Translations under genes and position numbers: made by a program
Part shown: piece by piece, positions 29,138 to 39,085 of the stretch
Numbering within the stretch: the stretch's first letter is position 1
Layout: each line of letters starts with the position of its first letter
Origin: an uncultured Spirochaetales bacterium
Lineage (GTDB): Bacteria; Spirochaetota; Spirochaetia; Sphaerochaetales; Sphaerochaetaceae
Direction: 5' to 3'
NCBI GenBank assembly: GCA_934271365.1
Contig: CAKQRI010000002.1
Location: 63,173-127,172, forward strand
DNA length: 64,000 bases
Notes under the pieces: model-generated
What the model was told of the DNA's origin: nothing
Databases searched by the model: none
Seen by the model: the letters and a program-made list of their open reading frames with translations, nothing else

Positions 29138-29275
29138 GCTGAATACTTAACTGATAAAATGGCTGGGTCATCATGGCTCAGCTATTTTTTTGCAATCATT
29201 AGAAGAAAAAGCTAGCACTATTATTGAAATACTAATATACTAGTCTCGAAATCAGATGATTTGGAGGCTTTTCAT

Positions 29276-30352
29276 ATGAAGATGACACTTAGATGGTATG
29301 GTCCTGGTTTTGATTCTGTAACTCTTGAGCAGATCAGACAGATTCCTGGCGTTACAGGAGTAATCACAACACTTTATGATATCCCAGCAGGAGAAGTCTG
29401 GCCTATTGAGAGAATCAGAGAGATAAAGAAGACTGTTGATGATGCAGGCCTTAAGATTGAGGGCATTGAGAGCGTAAACGTTCATGATGCTATCAAGATT
29501 GGAACACCTGAAAGAGATAAGTACATCGAGAACTATATCGAAACCCTTGAGAATCTTGGTAAAGAGGGAATAGATATTGTCTGCTACAATTTCATGCCTG
29601 TATTTGACTGGACAAGAACAGACCTTGCTAAGGTAAGACCTGATGGAAGCACAGTGCTTGCATATGATCAGAAAGTTGTTGACAACATTGATCCACAGGT
29701 TTTCTTCAATCAGACAAATGACAATTCAAATGGCTTTGTAATGCCAGGTTGGGAGCCAGAGAGACTTGCAAAGGTACAGGAGCTCTTCGAGGCTTATAAG
29801 GATGTTGATGAAGATAAGCTTTTTGATAATCTTGTATATTTCCTGAAGGCAATTGGCCCAGTATGCAAGAAGTATGGAATTAAGATGGCAATTCATCCAG
29901 ATGATCCAGCATGGCCTGTATTCGGACTTCCTAGGATCATTACAGGAAAAGAGAAGATACAGAAGCTGTTCAAGGCTGTAGATGAGCCATATAATGGCCT
30001 GACATTCTGCATGGGATCTCTTGGAACGAATCCAAAGAATGATCTTCCTGATATCATCCGCTCTTCAAAGGGCAGAATCCATTTTGCACATGTCAGGAAT
30101 CTTCATCATTTTGCTCCTGGTATTTTTGAGGAGGCTGCACATCTCTCATCAGATGGATCATTTGATATGTACGAGAATGTGAAGGCTCTGCATGATATCG
30201 GATTTGATGGACCTATCCGCCCTGACCACGGAAGAACAATCTGGGGTGAGAAGTGCATGCCAGGTTATGGCTTATATGATAGAGCTCTTGGAGCTTATTA
30301 TATTGAAGGTCTTTGGGAAGCTATTGATAAAGCAGAGAAAAGAGGTGTATGA
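29276..30352 (+). CDS. uxuA: Mannonate dehydratase
   Basis: MKMTLRWYGPGFDSVTLEQIRQIPGVTGV N-terminus is typical of UxuA. ATG at 29276 lies 8 nt after GGAGG. Confidence 0.9.
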   Translation: MKMTLRWYGPGFDSVTLEQIRQIPGVTGVITTLYDIPAGEVWPIERIREIKKTVDDAGLKIEGIESVNVHDAIKIGTPERDKYIENYIETLENLGKEGIDIVCYNFMPVFDWTRTDLAKVRPDGSTVLAYDQKVVDNIDPQVFFNQTNDNSNGFVMPGWEPERLAKVQELFEAYKDVDEDKLFDNLVYFLKAIGPVCKKYGIKMAIHPDDPAWPVFGLPRIITGKEKIQKLFKAVDEPYNGLTFCMGSLGTNPKNDLPDIIRSSKGRIHFAHVRNLHHFAPGIFEEAAHLSSDGSFDMYENVKALHDIGFDGPIRPDHGRTIWGEKCMPGYGLYDRALGAYYIEGLWEAIDKAEKRGV

Positions 30353-31050
30353 CCTTGAGGTTTTCCGCTGATAACAGAGATGGGAACTGGGTATATAACC
30401 AGCTGAGACATGAGATTGAGAATCTTGAATTTAAGCCAGGAGAGGAACTGGATGTACTATCTCTAGCAGATAGATATGGTGTTTCCAGATCTCCTGTAAG
30501 AGATGCTCTGCTGCGCCTTAAAAGAGACTGTCTTGTGGATATATTCCCACAGAGAGGTACCCGTGTCTCTTATATAAACATCCATCAGATAACAGAGGAG
30601 CGCTTTATGAGAAGAAGCTTAGAGCTCAATGCCCTTGAGCTCCTTCTTGAGAAGAGCATGAGCAGTGTTGAGATGCAGGCCTTCTCAGCACTGCTTGAAA
30701 GCAACCTGCTGAAGCAGCATGCAGCTCTCCTGGCTGATGATCCTGTTGAATTCCTGAAAGGCGATGATGAGCTTCATCATATGTTCTTCTCTGCCGTGGA
30801 CCTTGAAGAGGTATGGAGTATTCTGAAGGCACATACAGGCAATGAATACAGGATAAGAATGCTTTCATATATGGATAGAGGCATTGCTGATAGTGTCGAA
30901 GAGCAGCATAGGGAACTGATTGGCGCTATTATCAGTGGTGATAAGGATAAGGCTCTTGATCTGGATAAGAAGCACTTGCTTAAGATCAATGAGGAGCTTA
31001 ATGGACTCAGAGAGACATTTTCTGAGTATTTTGTCGAGGATAAGAAATGA
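30349..31050 (+). CDS. GntR-family (FadR/FCD subfamily) transcriptional regulator
   Basis: wHTH LSLADRYGVSRSPVRDALLRL plus a helical C-terminal domain. Start overlaps the uxuA stop (ATGA). Confidence 0.85.
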   Translation: MTLRFSADNRDGNWVYNQLRHEIENLEFKPGEELDVLSLADRYGVSRSPVRDALLRLKRDCLVDIFPQRGTRVSYINIHQITEERFMRRSLELNALELLLEKSMSSVEMQAFSALLESNLLKQHAALLADDPVEFLKGDDELHHMFFSAVDLEEVWSILKAHTGNEYRIRMLSYMDRGIADSVEEQHRELIGAIISGDKDKALDLDKKHLLKINEELNGLRETFSEYFVEDKK

Positions 31051-32657
31051 AATTAACACTTGAAGGACTGAAGAATAAGGAAGAATGGAAAGGCTATAAG
31101 CTTTTTTCATATAATCATGATCAGATTCAGAAGAATACAGAAGAAAGACCGGTATGGGTGCATTTTGGTGCTGGAAATATCTTCAGAATCTTTCCAGCAG
31201 GACTGTGCCAGACTCTTATTGAGAAGAAAGCCATGGATACAGGCATTGTTGTAGGTGAGGGCTTTGATGGAGAGATCATAGATAAAATCTATAGACCACA
31301 TGACTCACTGACTCTTGGTGTTACACTGAAAGCTGATGGTTCAATCAGCAAGGAAGTCATCGGATCTGTAATGGAGGCTGTTAAATGCGATCCTGCTGTA
31401 TCTGAGGACTGGGCAGTTCTAGAGAGGACATTCTCAAATCCTTCTCTTCAGATGGTATCTTTCACAATCACAGAGAAGGGCTATGCACTCTATGCTCCAG
31501 ATGGATCTCTGTTCAAGGGATATCAGGAAGATTTCAGCGGATCACTTTCTTCTGCAAAGATGTTCCTATGCCGTTTGGTAAGGCTCCTGAATGACAGATA
31601 CAATAAGACAAAGGCTCCTCTTGCACTTGTTTCTATGGATAACTGCTCCCATAATGGCGAGAAGCTTAGAAATGCTATTGTTGCTATATCTGAAGCTTTT
31701 GCTAAGAGTGGAGAGCTATCTGAAGGATTCCTCTCATATATAAAGGATGAGAAGCAGGTTGCATTCCCTTGGTCAATGATTGATAAGATTACTCCAAGAC
31801 CAGATGAATCTGTTAAGAAGATGCTTGTAGCTGATGGCTTTGAGGATAGTGAGCCTATTATTACAGAGAAGCACACCTATATTGCTCCATTTGTAAATGC
31901 AGAAGAACCACAGTATCTTGTAATCGAGGATTCATTCCCTAATGGCAGGCCTGCCCTTGAGAATGCTGGTGTTTATCTTACAGATAGAGACACTGTGAAT
32001 AAGGTAGAGAAGATGAAGGTATGCACATGCCTCAATCCTCTCCATACAGCACTTGCTATTTCTGGATGCCTCCTAGGCTATACTCTTATCGCAGATGAGA
32101 TGAAGGATCCTGATCTTTCCCGCATGGTTGATATACTTGGCTATAAAGAAGGTCTTCCTGTAGTAGTAAATCCTGGAATCCTTGATCCAAAGGCATTCAT
32201 TGATGAGGTTCTGAAGAAGCGTATTCCTAATCCGTTTATGCCAGATACGCCTCAGAGAATCGCAACAGATACATCTCAGAAGCTCTCAATCAGATTCGGA
32301 GAGACAATCAAGGCATATCAGGCAAGTGATAAGCTTGATGTGAGTTCTCTTAATATTGTTCCTCTTGTCTATGCTCTCTGGTGCAGATATCTTCTCGCAG
32401 TTGATGATAATGGCAATGAGATGGCATTATCTCCTGATCCGATGATTCCATCTGTATCTGTATCTCTTGCAGGCATCAAGCTCGGTGATGAAGGCCCATT
32501 TGATGATGTTCTTTCTGCACTGCTTTCAAATGAGAAGATTTTTGGCCTTGATGTCACAAAGACACCTATTTATAAGAAAGTTGTAGATGACTTTACATCC
32601 CTTGTTAAGGGAAAGGGTGCTGTCAGAGAGACAATTCACCGCATTGTTGAAGCATAA
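31047..32657 (+). CDS. uxuB: Mannitol-dehydrogenase-family oxidoreductase, probable fructuronate reductase (D-mannonate oxidoreductase)
   Basis: VHFGAGNIFR dinucleotide motif. The context with uxuA supports the assignment. The substrate is inferred. Confidence 0.75.
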   Translation: MKLTLEGLKNKEEWKGYKLFSYNHDQIQKNTEERPVWVHFGAGNIFRIFPAGLCQTLIEKKAMDTGIVVGEGFDGEIIDKIYRPHDSLTLGVTLKADGSISKEVIGSVMEAVKCDPAVSEDWAVLERTFSNPSLQMVSFTITEKGYALYAPDGSLFKGYQEDFSGSLSSAKMFLCRLVRLLNDRYNKTKAPLALVSMDNCSHNGEKLRNAIVAISEAFAKSGELSEGFLSYIKDEKQVAFPWSMIDKITPRPDESVKKMLVADGFEDSEPIITEKHTYIAPFVNAEEPQYLVIEDSFPNGRPALENAGVYLTDRDTVNKVEKMKVCTCLNPLHTALAISGCLLGYTLIADEMKDPDLSRMVDILGYKEGLPVVVNPGILDPKAFIDEVLKKRIPNPFMPDTPQRIATDTSQKLSIRFGETIKAYQASDKLDVSSLNIVPLVYALWCRYLLAVDDNGNEMALSPDPMIPSVSVSLAGIKLGDEGPFDDVLSALLSNEKIFGLDVTKTPIYKKVVDDFTSLVKGKGAVRETIHRIVEA

Positions 32658-32677
32658 ATAGGGTATAATGTCTTTAT

Positions 32678-32983
32678 ATGGCTGAGTACTTAGTAAGTGT
32701 AAAGACACCTCTTGGAACATTCAGCGGGACCATTGATATAAACATATCGGGTTCTGCTGTTAATGGAAGCTTTAATATAATGGGCTTCTCCTCTGAATTC
32801 TCAGGTTCAGCAGAGGATGATTCCATTTGCTTTTCAGGCTCTCTTATGACACCAATAGGAGAGCTTGCATATAATGCTGATGGGAATCTTTCTCCAGATG
32901 GCTTTTCAGGAGTTGCAAAGACAAGAATAGGGGACTTTGAATTTGCACCACCTTATCATAAGAGGAAGAAGAAACCTAGGTAG
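32678..32983 (+). CDS. Hypothetical 101-aa Gly/Ser-rich protein with a basic tail
   Basis: No SD. TATAAT at 32664-32669 lies 8 nt before the ATG, so the mRNA may be leaderless. Internal SG-rich pseudo-repeat (FSGT.../FSGSAED.../FSGSLMT.../FSGVAKT). The 3' end overlaps the convergent kinase gene by 8 nt. Confidence 0.35.
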   Translation: MAEYLVSVKTPLGTFSGTIDINISGSAVNGSFNIMGFSSEFSGSAEDDSICFSGSLMTPIGELAYNADGNLSPDGFSGVAKTRIGDFEFAPPYHKRKKKPR

Positions 32984-34757
32984 TCTTCATCAATACCGGC
33001 TCGATGGCTTTCTGATGAGGAATCGTGATTACGGCAGATGTTCCTTCTTCAAGCTCTGACCAGATGCTGAGGCCATAGTCCTTTCCATATGATAGCTTCA
33101 GCCTTTCATCAATATTGATAAGCCCGATTCCATTTCCGCTCTTCTCTATATCTGCATCAGGATTGAGCAGTGATTCTGCTTTCTTCTCTTCCATTCCGAC
33201 TCCATTGTCATTTACATGGATTTCTATGTTTTCCCCTGCTTCAGACACGATGATGTCGATATGCCCCTTGTCCTGGAGATATTTGATTCCATGATATATT
33301 GAATTCTCGACTATTGGCTGGATTATTAGCTTTATAGTAGGGCAGTTCTTAAGGTTATCAGGAATCGAGATAGTGTAGTCGAATTTATCTTTATATCTCA
33401 TCATCTGGATTTCCAGATAGCTTTTTACGTGTGCGAGCTCTTCCTGTAGCGTGATTATGTCATGGCCTTTTGCAATTGAGATCCTAAATAGGGATGCAAG
33501 AGATGTCACTGTCTTCACGACACCTTTATTATCCCCGTTCTCTGCTAGCCATACGACAGTCTCGAGTGTGTTATATAGGAAGTGGGGGTTGATCTTTGCC
33601 TGAAGCGCATCAAGTTCTCTCTGCCGCTTGACCTGTTCTGTATGCTTGATATCATTCATTAGCTTCTTTATCCGCTCAAGCATTATGGAGAATGAATTTG
33701 AGAGAGACATGATTTCCTTCGAGCCAAAGTTCGGTGGCGTTATATCAAAGATGCCACTCTGGACCTTTCTCATGCTCTCTTCTAGCAGTCTTATTGGCTC
33801 TGTTATATTTTTGGCAAAGTGCTGTGATATCACAACTGTCATCACAGAAATAAAAATATATGTCACTATGATTGTCTTATGGAATGTCTTCATCTGCTCC
33901 TTTATGACATTAAGACTCTCTGTTCCTACAATCTTCCATCCTGTTTTTGAAATCGGTTCAATTACAATCAGGCGTTCATTCCCGCCTGATGATAATATGA
34001 AGCTTCCAGCCTCATGGCCTTTTATGCTGTCGATATCTTCTTCGAATTCATTTGAGAGGATCTGGACCATCTTTGGATGATATACCATCTCTCCATCATT
34101 TGAGATTATGTATATGTAACCAGCAGAGTAGTCAGCGAATGCATGCTCTGTGATTTCTGATATGGCAACAAGATTGAGATCTATAAGAAGTATTGCCTTT
34201 GTCTTAGCTCCAAGCTCATTTCCCCTTATCTTTATTGGCTCTGAATATGATATGACAGAGTCTCTTACGGATATTGTGAGATTCTGTCTATGCGGGATAG
34301 AGAAGAAATACTCATCTTCATCTGCTTCTATTGCTTTCCTGAACCAGTCTTCCTGCTTGACTCCTCTGTTGCTCTGAACAACATCAGATGTTGCTAATAT
34401 GATATTTCCCTCAGTATCGAAGATTCCGATTCCAGTGATATCCTTATGGCTATCCTTCAATGCTTCAAGGCTGATTCTTACTTCAGTCTTAGAAAATGAG
34501 GAATCAGGATCTGTAATCCTCTTTGTGTATTCAGCGACAGATATGATATCAGAGATATAGAAGTCAATATTCTTATTTACCTGGGTTATGATCTCGCTGT
34601 TTGAAGCAATGGCATTCTTCTTCAGTGATATGCTATAAAGCTTAGCCAGTGAAAATCCTGCAAATGATATTCCCACAATTGCTACAGAGATGATTGCAAG
34701 TGCGAGAATCGTTGTGATATGAAGCGACTTGCGTATCCTATATTTCTTCCGTCTCAT
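32976..34757 (-). CDS. Sensor histidine kinase, YesM-like (TM - extracytoplasmic sensor - HAMP - His_kinase - HATPase)
   Basis: KINPHFLYNTLETV H-box of the LytS/YesM type, then NDNGVGM and GNGIGLINI ATPase boxes. Two TM segments flank a sensor domain of about 270 aa. Confidence 0.9.
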   Translation of the reverse strand: MRRKKYRIRKSLHITTILALAIISVAIVGISFAGFSLAKLYSISLKKNAIASNSEIITQVNKNIDFYISDIISVAEYTKRITDPDSSFSKTEVRISLEALKDSHKDITGIGIFDTEGNIILATSDVVQSNRGVKQEDWFRKAIEADEDEYFFSIPHRQNLTISVRDSVISYSEPIKIRGNELGAKTKAILLIDLNLVAISEITEHAFADYSAGYIYIISNDGEMVYHPKMVQILSNEFEEDIDSIKGHEAGSFILSSGGNERLIVIEPISKTGWKIVGTESLNVIKEQMKTFHKTIIVTYIFISVMTVVISQHFAKNITEPIRLLEESMRKVQSGIFDITPPNFGSKEIMSLSNSFSIMLERIKKLMNDIKHTEQVKRQRELDALQAKINPHFLYNTLETVVWLAENGDNKGVVKTVTSLASLFRISIAKGHDIITLQEELAHVKSYLEIQMMRYKDKFDYTISIPDNLKNCPTIKLIIQPIVENSIYHGIKYLQDKGHIDIIVSEAGENIEIHVNDNGVGMEEKKAESLLNPDADIEKSGNGIGLINIDERLKLSYGKDYGLSIWSELEEGTSAVITIPHQKAIEPVLMKTT

Positions 34758-34758
34758 A

Positions 34759-36354
34759 TCAGACCTTGAACTGGCTCTTGTACTGAGATGGGGATATTCC
34801 TGTATTCCTGCGGAATGTGAAAGAGAAGTAGTTCGGTTCTGAGAATCCTACCTTCTCTGCAATCTCATATGTCTTATAGTCGCTGCTTCTAAGAAGCTCT
34901 TTTGCTTTCTCTATTCTTGTGTTTGTCAGGAACTGGACGAATGATATTCCCGTCTCTTTCTTGAATGTCGTAGAGAAATATGCAGGAGAGATTGATATCT
35001 CCTCGCATAGCTGCTCAAGGCCGAATAGAGGATCCGGATATTTCCGGAGTATTATCCTCTTTGCATTCTCGACGAACTTTATATGAGAGCTCTCTCTTGC
35101 TCCTGATGTCATCTTATTGGCTTTTCTTGCAACATCCTTGCAGAAGGCTACAGCTGATGCAAGGCTTGTCAGCTTTGATATTGTAATGAATATATCCTCA
35201 TTCGGATCTAAAAGCTCCGAGAACTTCTTTGAGTATGCATGGCAGATCTCTATTATGATTGTGATTATATAGAGTACGGTTACCTGTAGATCTTCGTAGC
35301 TTGATGAAGATGAGAAGAAGCTGTCTATTACTGCATCAGTCTCTGCTTCTCCTGCGAATTTTATCGCGAGTATAAGAGCTGTGCGTTCCTCTGCATAGTC
35401 TCTGCCATCATTTTCTGCTGTCTCAAAGCTTTCAATATCTGAATATCTGATTATGTTCTCTTCTGGATGGAATATTGAATAATTCAGAGCTTCAATAGCA
35501 TCTTTATATGATTTTCTTAAATCTATGATATTGCATACCGCTGATCCTATTCCTATATTTATCTTTGTGGATAGATAGTGCTCTGCGTTATCAGAGAGAA
35601 GCTTTATTGCTCTATATACCTGTTTGCGGAATGCCGCTTCCTGGTCTAGGCCTAGCTTTGTCCTGAAGATCAATATTAACTGGCCATTGAACTGGAATGA
35701 GATAGGAAGGCTCTCATCTTCTTCAAATGTCTCTTTACATAGCTCTGATAGGGCAATCTGGCTTTGAATGCTGCCTATGCTCTCTATTACAGCAGCAGTG
35801 AACATCACAGCTCCCCTCATTGGGATGCCGAACTCATCTGCTGCTTTGAAGAGCTGCTCTGCATCTCTGTTCTTTGAAGGAAGAATAAGTGACTGCAGGA
35901 ATTTATCTCTATAGAGGCTGAAGGCTTCTTTGTAGATTCCTGAAAGCTTCTTACCATCTAGAAACTTTGCCTTTTCCTCTTCTATTCTTGCTTTTATTCT
36001 GTCTAGGAGCGATGTTATTGACTCTACTGAGATAGGCTTCAGTACATATTCTGCTACTTTCAGTCTTACAGATTCCTGTGCAAATGAGAATTCATCATAT
36101 CCTGAAAGCACTATGATCTCTATTGAAGATGGATACTTCCTTCGGACTTCCTCAATGAACTCGATACCATTCATATATGGCATTTTTATATCTGTTATAA
36201 TCACATCTGGAATGCTGTCTTCCATCATGTCCAGAGCTTCTCTTCCATTTGAAGCTACAGCTGGCACATTGAATCCATGTTCATTCCATGGTGTCAGGTT
36301 CTTGATGCTGCATCTTACATTCTCTTCATCATCTACTAACAGAATATTGTACAT
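34759..36354 (-). CDS. Response regulator with AraC-type HTH output (YesN-like)
   Basis: Receiver LLVDDE...DVIITDIKMPYMNG. The C-terminus carries dual AraC HTH (FKKETGISFVQFLTNTRIEKAKELL...FTFRRNTGISPSQY). Confidence 0.9.
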   Translation of the reverse strand: MYNILLVDDEENVRCSIKNLTPWNEHGFNVPAVASNGREALDMMEDSIPDVIITDIKMPYMNGIEFIEEVRRKYPSSIEIIVLSGYDEFSFAQESVRLKVAEYVLKPISVESITSLLDRIKARIEEEKAKFLDGKKLSGIYKEAFSLYRDKFLQSLILPSKNRDAEQLFKAADEFGIPMRGAVMFTAAVIESIGSIQSQIALSELCKETFEEDESLPISFQFNGQLILIFRTKLGLDQEAAFRKQVYRAIKLLSDNAEHYLSTKINIGIGSAVCNIIDLRKSYKDAIEALNYSIFHPEENIIRYSDIESFETAENDGRDYAEERTALILAIKFAGEAETDAVIDSFFSSSSSYEDLQVTVLYIITIIIEICHAYSKKFSELLDPNEDIFITISKLTSLASAVAFCKDVARKANKMTSGARESSHIKFVENAKRIILRKYPDPLFGLEQLCEEISISPAYFSTTFKKETGISFVQFLTNTRIEKAKELLRSSDYKTYEIAEKVGFSEPNYFSFTFRRNTGISPSQYKSQFKV

Positions 36355-36356
36355 TG

Positions 36357-37322
36357 TTACCTATAAAGCTTAATAATACTATCCAGGGTGCTAATCAGTT
36401 TCCGCCTATAACTCTCTGGTTCCAAAACTACAACACTTGTTCCACACTGGATTATCCTGAGCATCAGCTCAATAGAGTTCTCAATTTCCATATGGCAGAG
36501 CAAATCTCCCTTATCTGTTCTTTCAAATGTAGGTTTTCCATGATTTAGAGTTGAGAATGAATTCAGAGCACTTTTTTCCTCAAGCCTTATAGTAAGAGGA
36601 ATCATATCAATTGCATCATATCCAGTGGCCTTCTCTGCTTTAGTGAAAGGTTTTAGATTATCAGGAATGGTATATGTCTCATCAAGCATTCTTGCTTCTG
36701 TTATCGAAGCAATCTCTAATGTTATGATTTCCTTCGTATGCCTCAGCCTGCCTGTGACAGTCATAGGCTTACGGCCTCCATTGTCTTCTTTGAAGCCAAT
36801 GAAATATGGCGCAATCTCTATTTCCTCTTTATCTGGCTGAGTTGTAGAGATCCTTGCAATTCTTCCAGATACCCAGCAGTCAATCAGCACTTCAAGTATT
36901 GAGTTGAACTTTCCTGCTTCTGTTCTGTTGTCCTGAAGTTTCTTGTCTATGGATTCTGCAAGAGTCAGGACATTCTCGCTTATCTTAGGTGCATAAGCTC
37001 TCATGTTCATTGCCATCTTTCTCAGTCCAGAGGCAAGATGAGGATTCTGCATATCTGTGCTTGCAGCTAGTGCTTCTGCTCCCATGTTGAACGCTAGGCT
37101 CTCATATATAGATAGTTCTAAGGCAGAACTTTCATTTTCCTTCTCTCTGATTTTAATCAGATTGTTCTCTTCATAGATATTAATATATTGAGAAAGATCT
37201 TCTACATAGCGTGAAATTGTGGATCTATGAACGCCTAAGCGTCTTGCAATCTCAGCCCTTCTCAGTCCTTCTGGATGAGAGCGGAGTAATAATTCAAGCT
37301 GTGCAACTCTTTCGCCTTTCAA
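36357..37322 (-). CDS. HTH + WYL-like + WCX-like transcriptional regulator (YafY/PafBC-like)
   Basis: HTH LRRAEIARRLGVHRSTISRYVEDL. The middle segment IEIAPYFIGFKEDNGG...ITLEIASITEARML fits the WYL-domain pattern. The C-terminus LMLRIIQCGTSVVVLEPESYRRKL is typical of WCX. TTG start with GAAGGAG 6 nt upstream. Confidence 0.65.
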   Translation of the reverse strand: MKGERVAQLELLLRSHPEGLRRAEIARRLGVHRSTISRYVEDLSQYINIYEENNLIKIREKENESSALELSIYESLAFNMGAEALAASTDMQNPHLASGLRKMAMNMRAYAPKISENVLTLAESIDKKLQDNRTEAGKFNSILEVLIDCWVSGRIARISTTQPDKEEIEIAPYFIGFKEDNGGRKPMTVTGRLRHTKEIITLEIASITEARMLDETYTIPDNLKPFTKAEKATGYDAIDMIPLTIRLEEKSALNSFSTLNHGKPTFERTDKGDLLCHMEIENSIELMLRIIQCGTSVVVLEPESYRRKLISTLDSIIKLYR

Positions 37323-37450
37323 AGTGAATCTCCTTCTGAATCTTGAAAATTATAGCATAAAATGCATCAGAGTGAAGATGGAAAGCATCAGACTGCAACA
37401 TTTTGTTGCATTTTAAAATTTCTGTTTATGAAATACTCTATAGTCTGCTC

Positions 37451-38791
37451 TTATTCTTCCTTTTTCCATTTGGCAATTTCCCTGAAATACAGGATAAGCC
37501 CGATTATCCCGGTGAATGTCTCAGAGAATGGAAAAGCAAACCACGTCCACTTTAGGCCAAGGAATGAGAGGATATAGAAGCTTGGAATAAGGCAGAAGAT
37601 CTGGCGGCAGAGTGCAAGCATAGTGCTTTTAAATGACTTTCCTATTGCCTGGAAGAAAACTGGAAGCATCAGTGAGAATACTGCAGAAATGAAGCTCAGT
37701 CCAATTGCTCTGAAGGCAGGTATACCAGCTGCAAGTACATCACTCTCTCTTGAGAATACTCGCAGAAGGGCTTCAGGAATCACATCAAAGCAGAATATTC
37801 CAACAAGCATCAGCGATGCTGCTACTATAACAGAGTCTCTTACTGCTTTTCTGCATCTGTCATAGTTCTTTATTGTATAGTTATAGCTCAGTATCGGCAC
37901 TATGCATGTTGAAAGCCCGAATAGTGGGATGAAGAAGAATGACTGGTATTTATAGTAAAGGCCTAAGACTGTCACAGCAGCATCTGAGAAGCCTGCAAGG
38001 ATCATATTGAGTATTACGATGTAGACTGACATTGTCATCTGACTGAGTATTGTTGGATAGCCTAGCTTCAGGCTCGGGAGGGCATATTGCTTTATCTCTT
38101 TTAGAGGAGGAATCCTGCAGAATGCATCTTTTCCTGTGATTGCGGCAGAGACAAGCTGACCTAGAACTGTTGCGTATGCTGCTCCAGCGACTCCAAGCTC
38201 AGGGATCGGACCTAGTCCAAAAATCAGAATAGGGTCCATTATTATATTCGTCATAGCTCCTAGGCTTTCTGCTATCATCGGTGTCTTCATGTTCCCTCTG
38301 GCCTGATGGATTTTTGCCCATCCGCATTCAAGGAATTGGAATATGCTTCCGATGCAGACTATATAGCCATATGTCAATGTATCCCTTATTACCTGATCAC
38401 CATTTGCAGATAGTCTTGTGTAAATAGGCAGAATGACAGCAACTGATAGTGAATATATAAGCCATGCTGTGAGCTCCAGTGCATTTCCGCATCCTGCTGT
38501 TCTGTCCGCTCTTATGCTATCTTTGACTGCATATAGCTTTGACATATATGTGTTTACGCCTACTCCGATTCCAAGGGCTATTGCGGGAGCCATCCACTGT
38601 ATTGGATAGATTACAGATAGTGCAGTCAATGCACTAGGGGAATATAGACCTACAAAATAGCTATCTACAATGTTGTATAGAGCCTGGATTAGCTGTGCAA
38701 TCATCACAGGTGGTGCTAGGCGTAGAAGAAGCTTTCCTATCTTTTCTCTGCCAAATGCATCTGCACCGATTGGCTGTGTTTTATCTTTCAT
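37451..38791 (-). CDS. MATE-family efflux transporter
   Basis: 12-TM protein with PPVMIAQLIQALYNIVDSYFVG, the MATE N-terminal signature. Confidence 0.85.
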   Translation of the reverse strand: MKDKTQPIGADAFGREKIGKLLLRLAPPVMIAQLIQALYNIVDSYFVGLYSPSALTALSVIYPIQWMAPAIALGIGVGVNTYMSKLYAVKDSIRADRTAGCGNALELTAWLIYSLSVAVILPIYTRLSANGDQVIRDTLTYGYIVCIGSIFQFLECGWAKIHQARGNMKTPMIAESLGAMTNIIMDPILIFGLGPIPELGVAGAAYATVLGQLVSAAITGKDAFCRIPPLKEIKQYALPSLKLGYPTILSQMTMSVYIVILNMILAGFSDAAVTVLGLYYKYQSFFFIPLFGLSTCIVPILSYNYTIKNYDRCRKAVRDSVIVAASLMLVGIFCFDVIPEALLRVFSRESDVLAAGIPAFRAIGLSFISAVFSLMLPVFFQAIGKSFKSTMLALCRQIFCLIPSFYILSFLGLKWTWFAFPFSETFTGIIGLILYFREIAKWKKEE

Positions 38792-38881
38792 CTGAAGTCC
38801 TCAGAGCCCTTTTATATCTTTCATATTTTTTGTAAAGAGATTCGGATTGCCACTGATCATATCTTCAATCATAATAATGTC

Positions 38882-39085
38882 ATGGAACTTACTGAGATTG
38901 AAGCCCTGGAAGTAAAGATAAGCTATCTTGAAAGCCAGAATGCAGAGCTCAACGATGTGATTATTGAGCAGGGAAAGGATATTACTTATTTAAAGATAAA
39001 GCTCGAGCACCTAGAAAAGAAAGTGCAGGAGCTTATTGAAGAGAGCGGTGAGGCAAGGCCTAATAGAAAGCCTCCTCACTATTGA
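38882..39085 (+). CDS. slyX: SlyX-family coiled-coil protein
   Basis: 67-aa heptad-rich sequence (IEALEVKISYLESQNAELNDVIIEQ...) ending in the family-typical ...RKPPHY. Confidence 0.65.
   Translation: MELTEIEALEVKISYLESQNAELNDVIIEQGKDITYLKIKLEHLEKKVQELIEESGEARPNRKPPHY

Noticed and set aside
25694-29150. Numerous 60-190 aa ORFs on both strands inside nifJ (for example 27149-27646 and 28481-29044)
   Set aside because: All are nested in a 1181-aa gene with unambiguous PFOR motifs. They have low-complexity Leu/Ser/Arg-rich translations typical of off-frame readings.
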